46,064 bases of DNA from Candidatus Omnitrophota bacterium (GTDB lineage Bacteria; Ratteibacteria; UBA8468; MWAK01), in NCBI GenBank assembly GCA_043826355.1, contig JBDRQI010000035.1, positions 1-46,064 of the forward strand, given 5' to 3'. Below the pieces are notes generated by a model. It saw only the letters and a program-made list of their open reading frames with translations, searched no databases and was not told the DNA's origin. Position numbers and translations under genes: made by a program. Shown piece by piece: positions 1-10,954 of the stretch; the stretch's first letter is position 1; each line of letters opens with the position of its first letter.

Positions 1-4
1 ACAT
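1..4 (-). CDS. Start of a gene running off the left edge (possibly ribH by context)
   Basis: ATG on the minus strand at 4-2 with AAGGAG RBS (+ strand ctcctt, 11-16); identity is inferred only from its position after ribBA. Confidence 0.4.
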
Positions 5-143
5 TAGCCGCTCCTTTGGTTGGTATAGAGTGGCTATATTCTACAGGCGAATTCAAGTCGTTTACGAATTCAATGGCATTCAATCCATTGCAGGACATAG
101 GTTTTCACCGTTTTGGTTTATAAACAACCGGACAGCAGTGACC

Positions 144-1346
144 TTAAATATTTAGCAAATGTTTCATCTTGTCTTTTTTAGTCTTGAGATACCTCCGGTT
201 ATGTCGGCCGGCCGGTATTTCGATCGGAATTCTCTCCGTAACTTCAATCCCGTATCCGGCCAGCCCGACAATCTTTTTGGGATTGTTGGTCAGGAGACGT
301 ATTTGGGAGAGTCCCAAATCTTTCAGGATTTGCGCGCCGATTCCATAATCGCGCAGGTCTTCCGAAAAACCGAGCGCCAGGTTGGCTTCCACCGTATCCA
401 GTCCCTTTTCCTGGAGTTCATATGCTTTCAGTTTGTTGATGAGACCGATGCCCCTCCCTTCCTGCCGCATGTATAATAATACTCCGTTTCCTTCCCGGGC
501 GATCATCTCCAGAGCGCGGTGTAGTTGTTCCCCGCAGTCGCAGCGCAGAGAGTGAAATATATCTCCGGTCAGGCACTGGGAATGGACCCTGACCAGGATA
601 CTCTTTCTTTTACTCTTCAGGCGCAGGTCTCCCATGGTTAAGGCAAGATGGTATTTTTCGTCCAGCAGGGACTTGTACAGGTTGAGCGCAAAACTACCGT
701 ATGGCGTCGGCAGTTCTACCTTCAAAATCCTGGATACCAGTCGCTCTTTTTTACGGCGATAAGCGATTATGTCGGCTACCGAAGCCAGCGAAAACCGTTG
801 TTTGGCGGCTATCTTCCTTAATTCCGGCAGCCGGGCCATCCGGCCGTCTTCGGCCATTATTTCACAGATAATCGCCGCCGGGTAAAGTCCGGCTATCTTC
901 ATCAGGTCCATGCCTGCTTCGGTATGGCCGGCCCGGACCAGAACGCCTCCTTTCTGACTGCGCAGCGGGAAGATGTGGCCGGGCATTGCCAGGTCTTCGG
1001 GTTTTGTTCCCGGAGAGATCAGGGCCTTGATGGTTCTCGCCCGGTCTGCCGCTGAGATACCGGTGGCAACGCCCTTTCTGGCATCTACTGAAATGGTAAA
1101 AGAAGTTCCATGTAACGCGGTATTGTCTGCAACCATCGGTTTTAAACCGAGTTTCTCCAGTTGTTCTTCTTCCATCGCCACGCAAATTAAACCCCTGGCC
1201 TGCGAAGCCATGAAATTAATAGCGGCCGGCGTAACCTTTTCCGCGGACAGGAGCAGGTCTCCTTCGTTTTCCCGGTTTTCGTCGTCGACCAGGATTACGA
1301 ACTTCCCGGTTTTTAAATCCGAAACAACCCTTTCAATCGTATCCAT
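144..1346 (-). CDS. ribBA: Bifunctional DHBP synthase / GTP cyclohydrolase II
   Basis: N-terminal [11 protein letters not shown] and RAGHTEA (RibB); C-terminal [33 protein letters not shown] (RibA). Confidence 0.97.
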   Translation of the reverse strand: MDTIERVVSDLKTGKFVILVDDENRENEGDLLLSAEKVTPAAINFMASQARGLICVAMEEEQLEKLGLKPMVADNTALHGTSFTISVDARKGVATGISAADRARTIKALISPGTKPEDLAMPGHIFPLRSQKGGVLVRAGHTEAGMDLMKIAGLYPAAIICEIMAEDGRMARLPELRKIAAKQRFSLASVADIIAYRRKKERLVSRILKVELPTPYGSFALNLYKSLLDEKYHLALTMGDLRLKSKRKSILVRVHSQCLTGDIFHSLRCDCGEQLHRALEMIAREGNGVLLYMRQEGRGIGLINKLKAYELQEKGLDTVEANLALGFSEDLRDYGIGAQILKDLGLSQIRLLTNNPKKIVGLAGYGIEVTERIPIEIPAGRHNRRYLKTKKDKMKHLLNI

Positions 1347-1374
1347 CTGCGGTACATAAAACCTACAAAAATCC

Positions 1375-1935
1375 TCATTTTAGGTATCTCGCGATAATGT
1401 CAACTTCCAGGTTCACCTCGTCACCCACCCGTTTTTCTCCAAGGCTGGTTTTGTTTAAAGTATAAGGAATCAGCGTGACGGAAAGCCGGTTTCCGGAAAG
1501 ACCGGATATGGTAAGGCTGATACCGTCGATTGCCACGGAACCCTTGACGGCCAGGTATTTTTTAATTTCCGCCGGGAAAAGAACGGTCATTTCTTTGCCG
1601 GTGCCGGTTTTTCTGACAGTTAAAATTTTACCTTTTCCGTCGATATGTCCGGTTATCAGGTGGCCGCCAATCCGGTCGCCCAGGCGAAGCGCCCGTTCCA
1701 GATTGACCGGTTGACCGATTTTCAGTTTTCCCAGGCCGGTTTTTTTCAGGGTTTCCGGGGAAAGTTCAAACGAGGCCAGTTTTTTTTCCGTCCGGATGAC
1801 GGTGAGGCAGACGCCGTTAACCGCTACGCTCTCTCCGGCCCGGAGGTCGGGAAAAGAGTTTTCCAGGGTCAGAGCGCCCTTTTTCCCGATAATCCCTTTT
1901 ACCTTTCCAATTTCTTCAATAATTCCGGTAAACAT
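1375..1935 (-). CDS. ribE: Riboflavin synthase alpha chain
   Basis: MFTGIIEE start, [36 protein letters not shown]. Confidence 0.96.
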   Translation of the reverse strand: MFTGIIEEIGKVKGIIGKKGALTLENSFPDLRAGESVAVNGVCLTVIRTEKKLASFELSPETLKKTGLGKLKIGQPVNLERALRLGDRIGGHLITGHIDGKGKILTVRKTGTGKEMTVLFPAEIKKYLAVKGSVAIDGISLTISGLSGNRLSVTLIPYTLNKTSLGEKRVGDEVNLEVDIIARYLK

Positions 1936-1943
1936 ATGGTTTT

Positions 1944-1972
1944 ATGATAGCATAAGAAGAGGGGAATAACAA
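1944..1972 (-). promoter_or_regulatory. Sigma70-type promoter for ribE-ribBA (near-leaderless)
   Basis: TTGTTA-17 bp-TATCAT with TG extension, 8 nt before the ATG, no SD. Confidence 0.55.
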
Positions 1973-2014
1973 TAAAAAAGTTGTAAAAGGGAGAGATGAC
2001 CCCACAAAAAACAG

Positions 2015-3121
2015 TTATCTTTTTTCCGTGCCGTAAACGGATAAAAGGTCGGCGTCAAATTGTCTGGTTGATTCAAGGCGGAGATGAAGGGCGGAATCCG
2101 GGGACGGGAAGCCCTTTCCGGCGATTGAAGTTTTTGCCTCCTCACCTCCGATTATTAAGGGTGCCTGGAAAAAATAAACCCGGTCCACCAGCCCGGCGTC
2201 AATAAAAGAACCGTTCGTGGCCGCACCTCCTTCCACCAGGATGGAACCGACCTCCTGGTTGTAAAGAAAACCCAGTAACTTTTTCAGGTTTACTTTTTGA
2301 CTGCCGGCAACGAGAATTTGGGCGCCCTTTTTTTCCAGGCAACGCAAGCGGCCGGCCGGCGCCTTCTTTGTCACGGCAACCACTACCCTACTCGCTTCTT
2401 CCCATATTTTTGTCTGCAGCGGAAGCCGTGCTTCGCTGTCCAGGATTATCTTAAGGTAACGTTTGCGGGCCAGGAGATCCCGGGTTATCCCAGCCGTCCG
2501 GTAGTTCAGGGAAGGTTTGTCGTTTAAGACGGTATTGATGCCCACCAGGATTGCGTCATATTCAAAACGCAGTCTGCGGCCGAATGTTCTCGCTTTCTCC
2601 CCGGTTATCCATTTTGATTGGCCGGTGTGCGTGGCAATCTTACCGTCAAGACTCTGGGCAATCTTCAGAGCGATAAACGGCCGTCGCTCCTTTAGTCGGG
2701 TGAGGTACGGTTGGTTAATCTCCCGGCTTTCTTTTTCCAGCGGTCCGATTTCTACTTCGATTCCGGCTTTGCGCAGTTCTTTAAACCCCCGGCCGGAGAC
2801 CGCAGGGTTTGGGTCAGCCATTGCAGCCACCACTTTTTTGATGCGGTTTTTAATCAGCGCTTCAGTGCAGGGCGGTGTTTTTCCGAAATGACAGCACGGT
2901 TCCAGGTTAATGTAGAGAGTGCTTCCTTCCGGAGACTCCGTCAAATTTTTCAGGGCGTCTATCTCTGCGTGGTCCCCACCGAAATAACGGTGGTAACCTT
3001 CTCCAATAATCCGGTTGTTTTTTACCAACACCGCCCCCACCAACGGGTTTGGACTTACCAGTCCTTTTCCCTTGGCCGCTAAATAGAGTACTTTTTTAAA
3101 ATATTTATCTGTTTCCGACAT
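2015..3121 (-). CDS. ribD: Riboflavin biosynthesis deaminase/reductase
   Basis: SPNPLVGAV, HAE, LEPCCHFGKTPPC Zn deaminase motifs; SLDGKIA, SKWIT, VEGG reductase motifs. Confidence 0.97.
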   Translation of the reverse strand: MSETDKYFKKVLYLAAKGKGLVSPNPLVGAVLVKNNRIIGEGYHRYFGGDHAEIDALKNLTESPEGSTLYINLEPCCHFGKTPPCTEALIKNRIKKVVAAMADPNPAVSGRGFKELRKAGIEVEIGPLEKESREINQPYLTRLKERRPFIALKIAQSLDGKIATHTGQSKWITGEKARTFGRRLRFEYDAILVGINTVLNDKPSLNYRTAGITRDLLARKRYLKIILDSEARLPLQTKIWEEASRVVVAVTKKAPAGRLRCLEKKGAQILVAGSQKVNLKKLLGFLYNQEVGSILVEGGAATNGSFIDAGLVDRVYFFQAPLIIGGEEAKTSIAGKGFPSPDSALHLRLESTRQFDADLLSVYGTEKR

Positions 3122-3959
3122 GGATTATTATATTGTCAATCAAACGGGTGGAGCCGAGAAAAACCGCGATTGCGACCAGAATTTCATCCCCCGTATTTTC
3201 CGGCGGCTCCAAGGTATTTTGGCCAACCGCTTCAAGATACTGCAATTTAATAAAACGGTTTTTCTTAAGACGGGTTTCTCCTTCTTTCAGAGACTCCCTC
3301 AAATTCCTTCCGCGTTTTTCGCAATCGTTCTTAATCTGCAAGAGGGTTTGATATAAAACCGACGCGGTTTTTCTTTCTGTGGGAGAAAGATAAACGTTGC
3401 GGGAACTCATTGCCAAACCATCCGGTTCCCGGACCGTGGGGACGCCGATAATTTCCACCGGAAGGTTAAGGTCCTGCGCCATTTTTTTGATGATTATTAA
3501 CTGTTGGGCATCTTTCCATCCGAAATAGGCCTTGTCCGGTTGAATCAGATTAAAAAATTTAAGAACCACGGTAGTTACCCCACGGAAGTGGCCGGGCCGG
3601 TATCTTCCGCACAATCTTTTAGAAAGTTCTGCTATTTCTACGAAGGTCCGATATCCGGCCGGGTATATCTGTTTTGCGGTCGGAGTAAAGATAAGGTCGG
3701 CGCCGGCTTTTTCCGCCAGATTTACGTCTTTTTTCAGGTTACACGGATATTTCCGGTAATCCTCTGCCGGTCCAAACTGGGTCGGGTTGACAAAGATACT
3801 GACTACGCAGAACAGCTTTTCTTTACGGCAGGCGCGGATAAGCGCCAGGTGGCCTTCATGGAGTGCGCCCATGGTCGGCACAAACCCGATTTTTCTGCCG
3901 GTTTTACGGATGGCGGACAGGTGTTTCTGTAAATCCGCTGTTTTGGAAATGATAATCAT
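3105..3959 (-). CDS. panC: Pantoate--beta-alanine ligase
   Basis: FVPTMGALHEGH, SIFVNPTQF, RPGHFRGV, KDAQQ, GLAMSSRN, RLIDN. Confidence 0.97.
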   Translation of the reverse strand: MIIISKTADLQKHLSAIRKTGRKIGFVPTMGALHEGHLALIRACRKEKLFCVVSIFVNPTQFGPAEDYRKYPCNLKKDVNLAEKAGADLIFTPTAKQIYPAGYRTFVEIAELSKRLCGRYRPGHFRGVTTVVLKFFNLIQPDKAYFGWKDAQQLIIIKKMAQDLNLPVEIIGVPTVREPDGLAMSSRNVYLSPTERKTASVLYQTLLQIKNDCEKRGRNLRESLKEGETRLKKNRFIKLQYLEAVGQNTLEPPENTGDEILVAIAVFLGSTRLIDNIIIHVGNR

Positions 3960-3995
3960 AAATTTGAGCGCGCTTGATGAATCAAGCCTACAATT

Positions 3996-4460
3996 TTAGC
4001 GACCCTGAAAGTGTCGCACTACGTCTTTCAGTCTTTTTTTCAGGACCGGGTCGTAGAAATCAGGCGCCGCCTCGGCCGCCGGCGTCATCACAAACCGACG
4101 TTGCAGCCGCCTGGGATGCGGTACTTGTAATCCCGGTTTGTCAATTATGCGGTCGGCGTAATAGATAATGTCAAAGTCCAGACTTCTTGTTTCTTTCGGT
4201 TGGTGCGGCTGGGGCCTTCCGGAATTTTTCTCGATATCTTGGAGCAGCATCAGGAGAGGTTCCGGTTCCAGGTCTGTTTCCGCCAGGACCGCGGCGTTCA
4301 GGAATTCTCCTCCGGCTGTTCCCTCTGCCGCCGGGTTTTTAAGATACGAGGAAATTTTAATTATTTTGACTCCGGATTCAGCCAGATGCTTCAACCCTTG
4401 TTGAATATTTTGGCGCCGGTTGCCGAGGTTGGAACCCGCTCCAATGATTATTTTGGCCAC
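3996..4460 (-). CDS. folK: 2-amino-4-hydroxy-6-hydroxymethyldihydropteridine diphosphokinase
   Basis: GAGSNLGNR, FLNAA, RSLDFDII, PHPR, RRFVMTP; GTG at 4460 preferred over the track TTG at 4490. Confidence 0.92.
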   Translation of the reverse strand: MAKIIIGAGSNLGNRRQNIQQGLKHLAESGVKIIKISSYLKNPAAEGTAGGEFLNAAVLAETDLEPEPLLMLLQDIEKNSGRPQPHQPKETRSLDFDIIYYADRIIDKPGLQVPHPRRLQRRFVMTPAAEAAPDFYDPVLKKRLKDVVRHFQGR

Positions 4461-5656
4461 AGGTTTAAGAATAAGTCTATAATTTTCCAACCCTCTTTTA
4501 CGTAGATGCGACTGGCCGCCGCCTGTTTTTCCGAAAAGACCGGAGCGCCTTTTCCGTTGACTCCGGTTCCGGAGATGAGAAAAGGCACCGGGTCCGGCGT
4601 ATGGGTTTTTTGGCGCAAAGAGGTGATATGGTCGGACATGACCATCGCCCGGTATTCCGGGAACTCCGCCTGCAGGGCTGAAACTGCCGGACCGACTACT
4701 TTCCGGTCAAAATCGATAATTGCTTTTATCTTGAGTTTTGTGTCTCCACTGTGGCTGGTCTCGTCCGGCGCTTCAATGTGAAGGACGGCAAAATCCACCG
4801 TTTTTAATGCGGTGATTGCCGCGTCAACCTTTCCCTGGTAGTTGGTGTCAAGATAACCGGTGGCGCCGGGAACGTTAATGGCTTCCAGTCCGACCGCTTT
4901 GCCGATGCCCTTGACGATATCCACCGCTGAAACCGTAACCCCTTCCAGGTGGAACCTGTCCCGGAAGAGCGGGAGCTGGGCTTTTTCACCCTGTCCCCAA
5001 GGCCAGATACTGTTGGCCGGATTTTCCGCCAGGTCCACCCTGGTTTTGTTGATGGGATGGTTTAGAAGAAGACTGCCCGCTTTTTCCATGAGATTAAACA
5101 GGATTTTATCTCCGTCCCCTTTGGGAAGGTATGCGGTGACAGTTTTGTCGAGAATATCATGCGGCGGAACCGTAATTGATTTCCGCCAGTTAAAAACGGG
5201 TTTTCTAAATACCATTATATTGCGGTAACTTTTGCCCGGATAGAAGAGAATTTCCTCCGGGCTGAAATTTTTCTGGAGAAAAGTAATTAAGGTGGCCGCT
5301 TCTTCATCGGTAATGTGCCCGGCGGAATAGTCGGCCATCTTGTTTTCGCTGAGCGTGACCAGGTTGACCCTAAAGGCAATCTCTCCGTCGTGCAGGTCTA
5401 TGCCCAGGTTGATTGCTTCCAGCGGTCCTCTTCCCGGATGATATTCCCTGGGGTCACATCCCAGGATAGACAGGAAGGCGGTGTCACTGGCCGCTTTTAC
5501 ACCCCTGGGAATTGTTCGTACCATCCCCATAATTGCCTGGTTTCGGGCGAGAGAATCCAGGTGGGGTGTCGCCGCTGTTTCCAGGGGCGTTTTCCAGTCC
5601 AGTTCCGGAATAGGGTAATCCGCCATCCCGTCACCGATTATCAGTAAATACTTCAT
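4448..5656 (-). CDS. apgM: Cofactor-independent phosphoglycerate mutase (ApgM type)
   Basis: IIGDGMAD, TPLETAATP, GRGPLEA, GYLDTNYQGK, EAPDETSH, SDH. Confidence 0.9.
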   Translation of the reverse strand: MKYLLIIGDGMADYPIPELDWKTPLETAATPHLDSLARNQAIMGMVRTIPRGVKAASDTAFLSILGCDPREYHPGRGPLEAINLGIDLHDGEIAFRVNLVTLSENKMADYSAGHITDEEAATLITFLQKNFSPEEILFYPGKSYRNIMVFRKPVFNWRKSITVPPHDILDKTVTAYLPKGDGDKILFNLMEKAGSLLLNHPINKTRVDLAENPANSIWPWGQGEKAQLPLFRDRFHLEGVTVSAVDIVKGIGKAVGLEAINVPGATGYLDTNYQGKVDAAITALKTVDFAVLHIEAPDETSHSGDTKLKIKAIIDFDRKVVGPAVSALQAEFPEYRAMVMSDHITSLRQKTHTPDPVPFLISGTGVNGKGAPVFSEKQAAASRIYVKEGWKIIDLFLNLWPK

Positions 5657-5670
5657 CCTCTTTTTTCCGG

Positions 5671-6639
5671 TCAGAGCTTAACCGGTTTTCCGGTTTCCAT
5701 TGATTTTACGGCGGCCAGAGTTACCTTTAATGTTTTTAGGCCTTCGCTGTAATCGCAAAGAATCGAGTTTTTGTTTCCGGTCTTTACGGCATTGATGAAA
5801 GCCCGGTGTTCGTTGAAACTAAAATCATTTTTTACCGCGTACTCTTCTTTTTTTTCCGCGGTGATTACCTGCATCGTGGTAATTGGATTCCAGTCTACCT
5901 GGAGGCCGTCGGTTACGATGCCAAGAGAGGACTTAAAGCCAAAAGCGAGCCAGGTGCAGTTGATGCTGCCAATCGTGCCGTTGGCAAACCGGAAGATGGT
6001 AGCGCTGGCGTCTTCCACTTCGTAGTCGGGGATGCGTCTGTTGATTATTCCGGAAAACGGTTGGCTGTAAACCTCGGTAACTTCTCCGCCGAAAAACAAC
6101 ATCAGGTTTACGATGTGGGTTGCCTGTTCCACCAGCTGTCCGCCGCCCTGTTTCTTTTTAATCAGCCAGTTTCGGCCCGGAACTTCTCCGTAATAGGAGC
6201 CAGTAATCAGGCCCAGGGAGCGGCCGGAAAGGAGTTTGGCGGTTTTTTCCACGATGTCCATATAGCGAAGTACGTAACCGACCGAGGTTATGACGCCGGA
6301 TTTCCTGACCTGCGCTTCAATCTCTTCCGCTTTTTTCACAGAGAGAGTAACCGGTTTTTCCACAAAGAACGGAATCTTTTTCTGACAGGCGATCAGTTCC
6401 TGGTCCTGGTGTGCGAAAGGCGGTACGCAGATATAGAGAGCATCTATCTTTTCTTTTTCCAGCATCTGGCGGTAATCAAGATAGATCTTTCCGCCGAACT
6501 TTTGACCGGCGGTTTCGGCTTTTTCTTTAACAAGGTCGCATAACGCGGTGATTTCCACGTCTTCCATCCGTGCCAGGTTGTTCAGGTGGGCGTTGGCGAT
6601 GCCACCGGTGCCGATAAAGCCGATTTTTACTTTATCCAT
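5671..6639 (-). CDS. Gfo/Idh/MocA family oxidoreductase
   Basis: IGFIGTGGIA Rossmann motif, VEKP, GGGQLVEQATH; GGAGGA RBS. Confidence 0.9.
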   Translation of the reverse strand: MDKVKIGFIGTGGIANAHLNNLARMEDVEITALCDLVKEKAETAGQKFGGKIYLDYRQMLEKEKIDALYICVPPFAHQDQELIACQKKIPFFVEKPVTLSVKKAEEIEAQVRKSGVITSVGYVLRYMDIVEKTAKLLSGRSLGLITGSYYGEVPGRNWLIKKKQGGGQLVEQATHIVNLMLFFGGEVTEVYSQPFSGIINRRIPDYEVEDASATIFRFANGTIGSINCTWLAFGFKSSLGIVTDGLQVDWNPITTMQVITAEKKEEYAVKNDFSFNEHRAFINAVKTGNKNSILCDYSEGLKTLKVTLAAVKSMETGKPVKL

Positions 6640-6649
6640 TTTCCTCCTT

Positions 6650-7855
6650 TTACCTGCTATTTTTTAAATTTCCTTTCATCTCTTTCATCTCCGGAGTGAT
6701 GACCGTTTTTCGCTTCGCGGCCTGTCGTTCCGCGGGATTATCGAACTTAAGCAGGAGCGGCAGTCTCTTTTCCACCGGCAGGAGGTCAAATGGTTGGTGG
6801 GGTTCCAACTGATACCAGTAGGCGGTGCTGGAGTAGTCGTTGGCGGTGTGGTTGGCGTGGCCGTGCTCGATGGTGGCTTTGAGCGATTTTTTGAAATGAA
6901 CCGGATTGGTTAAGTGAAAAACATAAGAGGTCTGATAACCGCCGGCAAACCGGTTGTGGTTCGCACCGTCCCATGGGATGCGGCCGATAACTGATTTACC
7001 CTCAAAGATGGAGGAACCGTTTAATAAAAAGGCATTTTCCTGCATGCCCCAGGCCTGGTTAAAATAATCCTCGCTGCCGGTACCGTGCAGGGAAGGCGGC
7101 CATCGCTCGCCGTCGACGAAAATCATATCGTCGCCCTCGCCCCACCAGGTGCCGTGGAGGTTGGTTACCGAAAGGTTGCAGCCGATGTAGTGACCGATTC
7201 CGCTCGCTTCAACAATTACGTAATTATTTAATTGTGCTGTATTACCCTTATTGGCGACGTCCGCCTCTATCGTGTTGACGCAGACTTCCGGATTCCAGCC
7301 CGGCGTCGGGTTTTCCCGGCGCCACTGGGCATGGAGATAGGCGATATCATCATCAATTTTTCCGTCGTAGGTTTCGTAATCCACGTAAAAATATTGATTG
7401 TAAGCGTGTTTGCTCCCGTTGACCATTTCGATCCGGGCGTGTCTGCGGAAAGGCATCTGCAGGTAGCAGTTTAAGGCGCAGCCGGCCCCAAACTTATAAG
7501 GACTGGCGGTGGAGGCGGTGAAAGGCAAGGAACAGAAGGAGTTGACCAGGGAATGGCCTAAGCAAAAAAAATCGCCCAGGGGAACATTGATGCTGGGATT
7601 TTTTTCGCCGTCCCAGCAAATATTCAATGCCACTTCCCGGTAGAGGAAAGGTTCTCCGCACTGAGTCATCCAGATGTGGGTTATGCATCCTGGCCCGTCT
7701 ATTTCCGCCAGGACCTTCTTTTCGCCTGGTTCGAATCTACAAGAATCCGCGTTTCGTCCGGTGACATCGTAACTGGAAATTCTTTTGGTCTTTGCCAGAC
7801 GTATCCGGCAGAGTCCGGATAAAATTCCGCAACCCAGCGCTCCGTTTTTATTCAC
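6650..7855 (-). CDS. DUF2961 / glycoside hydrolase family 172 protein
   Basis: RISSYD, GPGCITHIWMT, PLGDFF, WWGEGDDM, GTGSEDYF, IEHGHAN, AYWYQ; GTG at 7855 has an AAGGAG RBS (track start 7885). Confidence 0.88.
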   Translation of the reverse strand: MNKNGALGCGILSGLCRIRLAKTKRISSYDVTGRNADSCRFEPGEKKVLAEIDGPGCITHIWMTQCGEPFLYREVALNICWDGEKNPSINVPLGDFFCLGHSLVNSFCSLPFTASTASPYKFGAGCALNCYLQMPFRRHARIEMVNGSKHAYNQYFYVDYETYDGKIDDDIAYLHAQWRRENPTPGWNPEVCVNTIEADVANKGNTAQLNNYVIVEASGIGHYIGCNLSVTNLHGTWWGEGDDMIFVDGERWPPSLHGTGSEDYFNQAWGMQENAFLLNGSSIFEGKSVIGRIPWDGANHNRFAGGYQTSYVFHLTNPVHFKKSLKATIEHGHANHTANDYSSTAYWYQLEPHQPFDLLPVEKRLPLLLKFDNPAERQAAKRKTVITPEMKEMKGNLKNSR

Positions 7856-7915
7856 CCCATTCTCCTTTTGCGCGGCAGATAACACTGCGGCACCGTTTTA
7901 CTCTACGGTAGACTC

Positions 7916-8815
7916 TTAATATTTTAGCATACGGTTCAGGGCCACCCGGGCGCGCCCGGCAATTTCGGCCGGGACGATTATGGCCGGCTTCAATTCCTTT
8001 AAACTCCAGAGTATTTTCTCCGGAATTATTTTTTTCATGTTGGGACAGGACGCCCGGGCTGAGCCGGGAATGTAAGTAATCTGTGGATTCTCCCGCTGCA
8101 ACCGGTGAATCATTCCGATTTCGGTTCCAACAATGACTTCTTTAGGGTTGTTCTCCTTTACCCACTTAACCATACCGCCGGTGGAGAGGACCAGGTCGGC
8201 CATATGGCGTATCTCCCGGCGGCATTCCGGGTGTACCATCAAAATTGCTTCGGGGTGTTCTTTTTTCAGCGCCGCCAATTCGGTTGGCAGGAAGACCATG
8301 TGGGTTGGGCAATAGCCGGGCCAGAGGACCATTTTTTTGGAACTTTTTTCCCGGATGAAATCGCCCAGGTTCTGGTCGGGAAAGAAGAGGACGGTTTCCT
8401 CCGGAATCTGTTGGACCAATTGCAGCGCATTTGAGGACGTGCAGATATAATCGCTTTCGGCTTTAACCTCCACCGAAGAGTTGATGTAAGTAACCACCGC
8501 CGCCGAAGGATATTCGGCCCGGCGTTTGCGGATGTCATCCGGCGTGACCATGTCGGCCAACGGACAGCCGGCGTCAATATCCGGCATAAGGACCGTTTTT
8601 TGCGGAGAAAGTATTTTGGCGGTTTCCGCCATAAAACGCACCCCGCAGAAGACAATCACCTCCGCTTCCACCCGGGACGCTTTTCGGGAAAGGTCCAGGG
8701 AGTCGCCGAGAAAATCACCGATTTCCTGGATTTCTGCCGGCTGGTAATTATGGGCCAGGATAACTGCGTTCCGTTTCTTTTGCCAGTCCTGGATTTCAGC
8801 GACGATATTTTCCAT
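7916..8815 (-). CDS. nadA: Quinolinate synthase
   Basis: ILAHNYQ, GDSL, FCGVRFMAETAK, AGCPLAD, YINS, HPEC, CPNMK. Confidence 0.96.
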   Translation of the reverse strand: MENIVAEIQDWQKKRNAVILAHNYQPAEIQEIGDFLGDSLDLSRKASRVEAEVIVFCGVRFMAETAKILSPQKTVLMPDIDAGCPLADMVTPDDIRKRRAEYPSAAVVTYINSSVEVKAESDYICTSSNALQLVQQIPEETVLFFPDQNLGDFIREKSSKKMVLWPGYCPTHMVFLPTELAALKKEHPEAILMVHPECRREIRHMADLVLSTGGMVKWVKENNPKEVIVGTEIGMIHRLQRENPQITYIPGSARASCPNMKKIIPEKILWSLKELKPAIIVPAEIAGRARVALNRMLKY

Positions 8816-9755
8816 CTTGAAAAATCAGCGCGGCGGCGGCCTTGATGCCGCTCTCCTGACCAAGGGATGCGGGTAATATCTTGATATTTTTGCTTAAGAG
8901 CGGAAAAGCGCGTTTTATAATCTCTTTTTTGATGGCGTTGAAGAGCGGTTTGCCTGCCTGGGCCACCCCGCCGCCGATGATGATCGCTTCCGGGTTGAAG
9001 ATGTTCACCAGGTCGGCCAGCATTACGCCGACGTCTGCGCCGGTTTCTTTCCAGATTTTGGCCGCCACCCGGTCTCCCTTCCGGTAGGCCTCCGAAATAA
9101 CCTTCGGCGTAATTTTTTTCAGGTCGTTATCGACCAGTTTCGGAATAATTGAAGAGTTTTTTTTTAAATATTTTTTCACCCTGGCCACGATGTGGGCCGA
9201 CCCGACGTAACTCTCCACACACCCCTTGTTTCCGCAACCGCAGCGCGGGCCTTTGGCATTGATGGTTATGTGTCCCAGTTCCACCGCGGAATAATTTCCG
9301 CCCCTGAGTAGTTTTCCATCCACCACTACCCCGCCGCCCAGGCCGGTACCCAGCGTGATACAAACGATGGTATGGAAACCTTTTCCGGCGCCGAAAAGGT
9401 ATTCTCCCCAAGTAATGGTGTTGACGTCATTTTCAACTTTGACCGGCAGTCTGAATTTTTCCCGGAAGATTTTAGCCAGAGGGATGTTGTTCCAGTCCGG
9501 CAGGTTCGGCGCCATAAAAACAGACCCGGCGCTGTTTACCAGGCCCGGCGTTCCGATGCCGATACCTTTAATCTCAGAAAGTTTGGCTCCGGAAAGCGCT
9601 TTTTTAATCGCTTCTTCCATCCGGAACAAAACCTCTCCCCTCCCCTTTTCGCCGCCGCTCTCCTTCTGGCCCTGTTTCAGGATGGAGCCGTCTTTTCCAA
9701 CCAGTCCGAACTTGATAAACGTGCCGCCCAAATCAATCCCAACCGCTTTATCCAT
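8796..9755 (-). CDS. ROK family sugar kinase (glucokinase-like)
   Basis: GIDLGGT, ENDVN, TLGTGLGGG, ELGH, CGCGNKGCVE. Confidence 0.92.
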   Translation of the reverse strand: MDKAVGIDLGGTFIKFGLVGKDGSILKQGQKESGGEKGRGEVLFRMEEAIKKALSGAKLSEIKGIGIGTPGLVNSAGSVFMAPNLPDWNNIPLAKIFREKFRLPVKVENDVNTITWGEYLFGAGKGFHTIVCITLGTGLGGGVVVDGKLLRGGNYSAVELGHITINAKGPRCGCGNKGCVESYVGSAHIVARVKKYLKKNSSIIPKLVDNDLKKITPKVISEAYRKGDRVAAKIWKETGADVGVMLADLVNIFNPEAIIIGGGVAQAGKPLFNAIKKEIIKRAFPLLSKNIKILPASLGQESGIKAAAALIFQDGKYRR

Positions 9756-10941
9756 TTTTTCCTTTTATTAATTTCGCCAACTCCCGGCCAAATTCCTGCG
9801 CGGCTTTTTTCTCTTCCGGGCCGGGCCGGAATCTGGTTTCAAAGACCGGCAGCGGCATCTGCAGCCCGGCGGATTTGATCTCTTCGCCGAACTGGGGCAG
9901 AATTCCTTTATTCCAGCCGTAGGAACCGAATAAGGCCCAGATCTTGTTTTTCGGTTTCAATCCTTTCAAAAAGGTAAAGAGTTTTACCATTTCCGGAAAG
10001 GGAAGGTTGTTCAGCACCGGCGATCCCAGGGCAACCGCCTTTGCTTTGAAAATGGCGGCGATGATGTCACCGGGGTCATTTTCTTTTAAAGACAGAATTG
10101 AAACCGGTACGTCCTCTTTCATTATTCCTTCGGCCATTTTTCGGCCGATAATTTCGGTGCTTCCCCACATCGTGTCGTATACGATAACCGCTTCCCGGTT
10201 CGCCTCGCCTTCGGCCCAGCTCCGGTAGGCATTGATAATCTTTGCCGGCGCCTGCCTCCAGATGATGCCGTGGCTGGGAGCAATCACTTTGAATTTGAGT
10301 TGCATCTCGGTGATTCTGGCAATCATTTTAAGAATCAGCGGTGAAAACGGCTGCAGGATGTTGGCGAAATAACGGAGCGCTTCTTCCATCAGGACAGGTT
10401 CCGGCACCTGGTCATCAAAGCGCCGGCTGGTTGCGTAGTGCTGACCGAAGGCGTCGTTGGGCATTAAAATCTCCTGCTCCGCGAGGTAGGTGAACATGCT
10501 GTCCGGCCAGTGGAGCATCGGCGCTTCAATAAAGGTCAGGGTGTTTTTTCCCAGCGGGATTTTATCTCCGGTGCGGACCTGTTGGACCGGAAGGCCTGGG
10601 CCGAAATACTTTTCGGCGCCTTCAATCCACTGACCGGTCGCCAATATTTTTGCTTTTGGGCAGGCTTTAGCCAGTTCCGCCACCGCTCCGGCGTGGTCCA
10701 GTTCCAGGTGGTTGGAAACGATGTAATCAATCTCTTCCAGAGTTGTCAACTCCTTTATTTTTGCGATAAACTCAGAGGTAAACGGTGTTTTGACCGTATC
10801 CACCACGCATCTTTTTTTATCCAGAATGAGATAAGAATTGTAGGTGCTGCCGCGTCCGGTGCGGTAACCGTGGAATTCGCGCAGGTTCCAGTCAATTATG
10901 CCGACCCAGTAAATTCCCTCGCCGAGCGTTATCTTTTCCAT
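9748..10941 (-). CDS. fprA: Flavodiiron protein (FprA/NorV-type, class A)
   Basis: GSTYNSYLI, NHLELDHAG, HWPDSM, DAFGQH, PSHG, flavodoxin YDTMWGST and FGSYGW. Confidence 0.93.
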   Translation of the reverse strand: MEKITLGEGIYWVGIIDWNLREFHGYRTGRGSTYNSYLILDKKRCVVDTVKTPFTSEFIAKIKELTTLEEIDYIVSNHLELDHAGAVAELAKACPKAKILATGQWIEGAEKYFGPGLPVQQVRTGDKIPLGKNTLTFIEAPMLHWPDSMFTYLAEQEILMPNDAFGQHYATSRRFDDQVPEPVLMEEALRYFANILQPFSPLILKMIARITEMQLKFKVIAPSHGIIWRQAPAKIINAYRSWAEGEANREAVIVYDTMWGSTEIIGRKMAEGIMKEDVPVSILSLKENDPGDIIAAIFKAKAVALGSPVLNNLPFPEMVKLFTFLKGLKPKNKIWALFGSYGWNKGILPQFGEEIKSAGLQMPLPVFETRFRPGPEEKKAAQEFGRELAKLIKGKNG

Positions 10942-10954
10942 TATTTACCTCCAC

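Noticed and set aside
60..143. Possible FMN riboswitch or terminator near the rib genes
   Set aside because: Only a weak 6-bp stem (caatgg/ccattg); no conserved RFN motifs.
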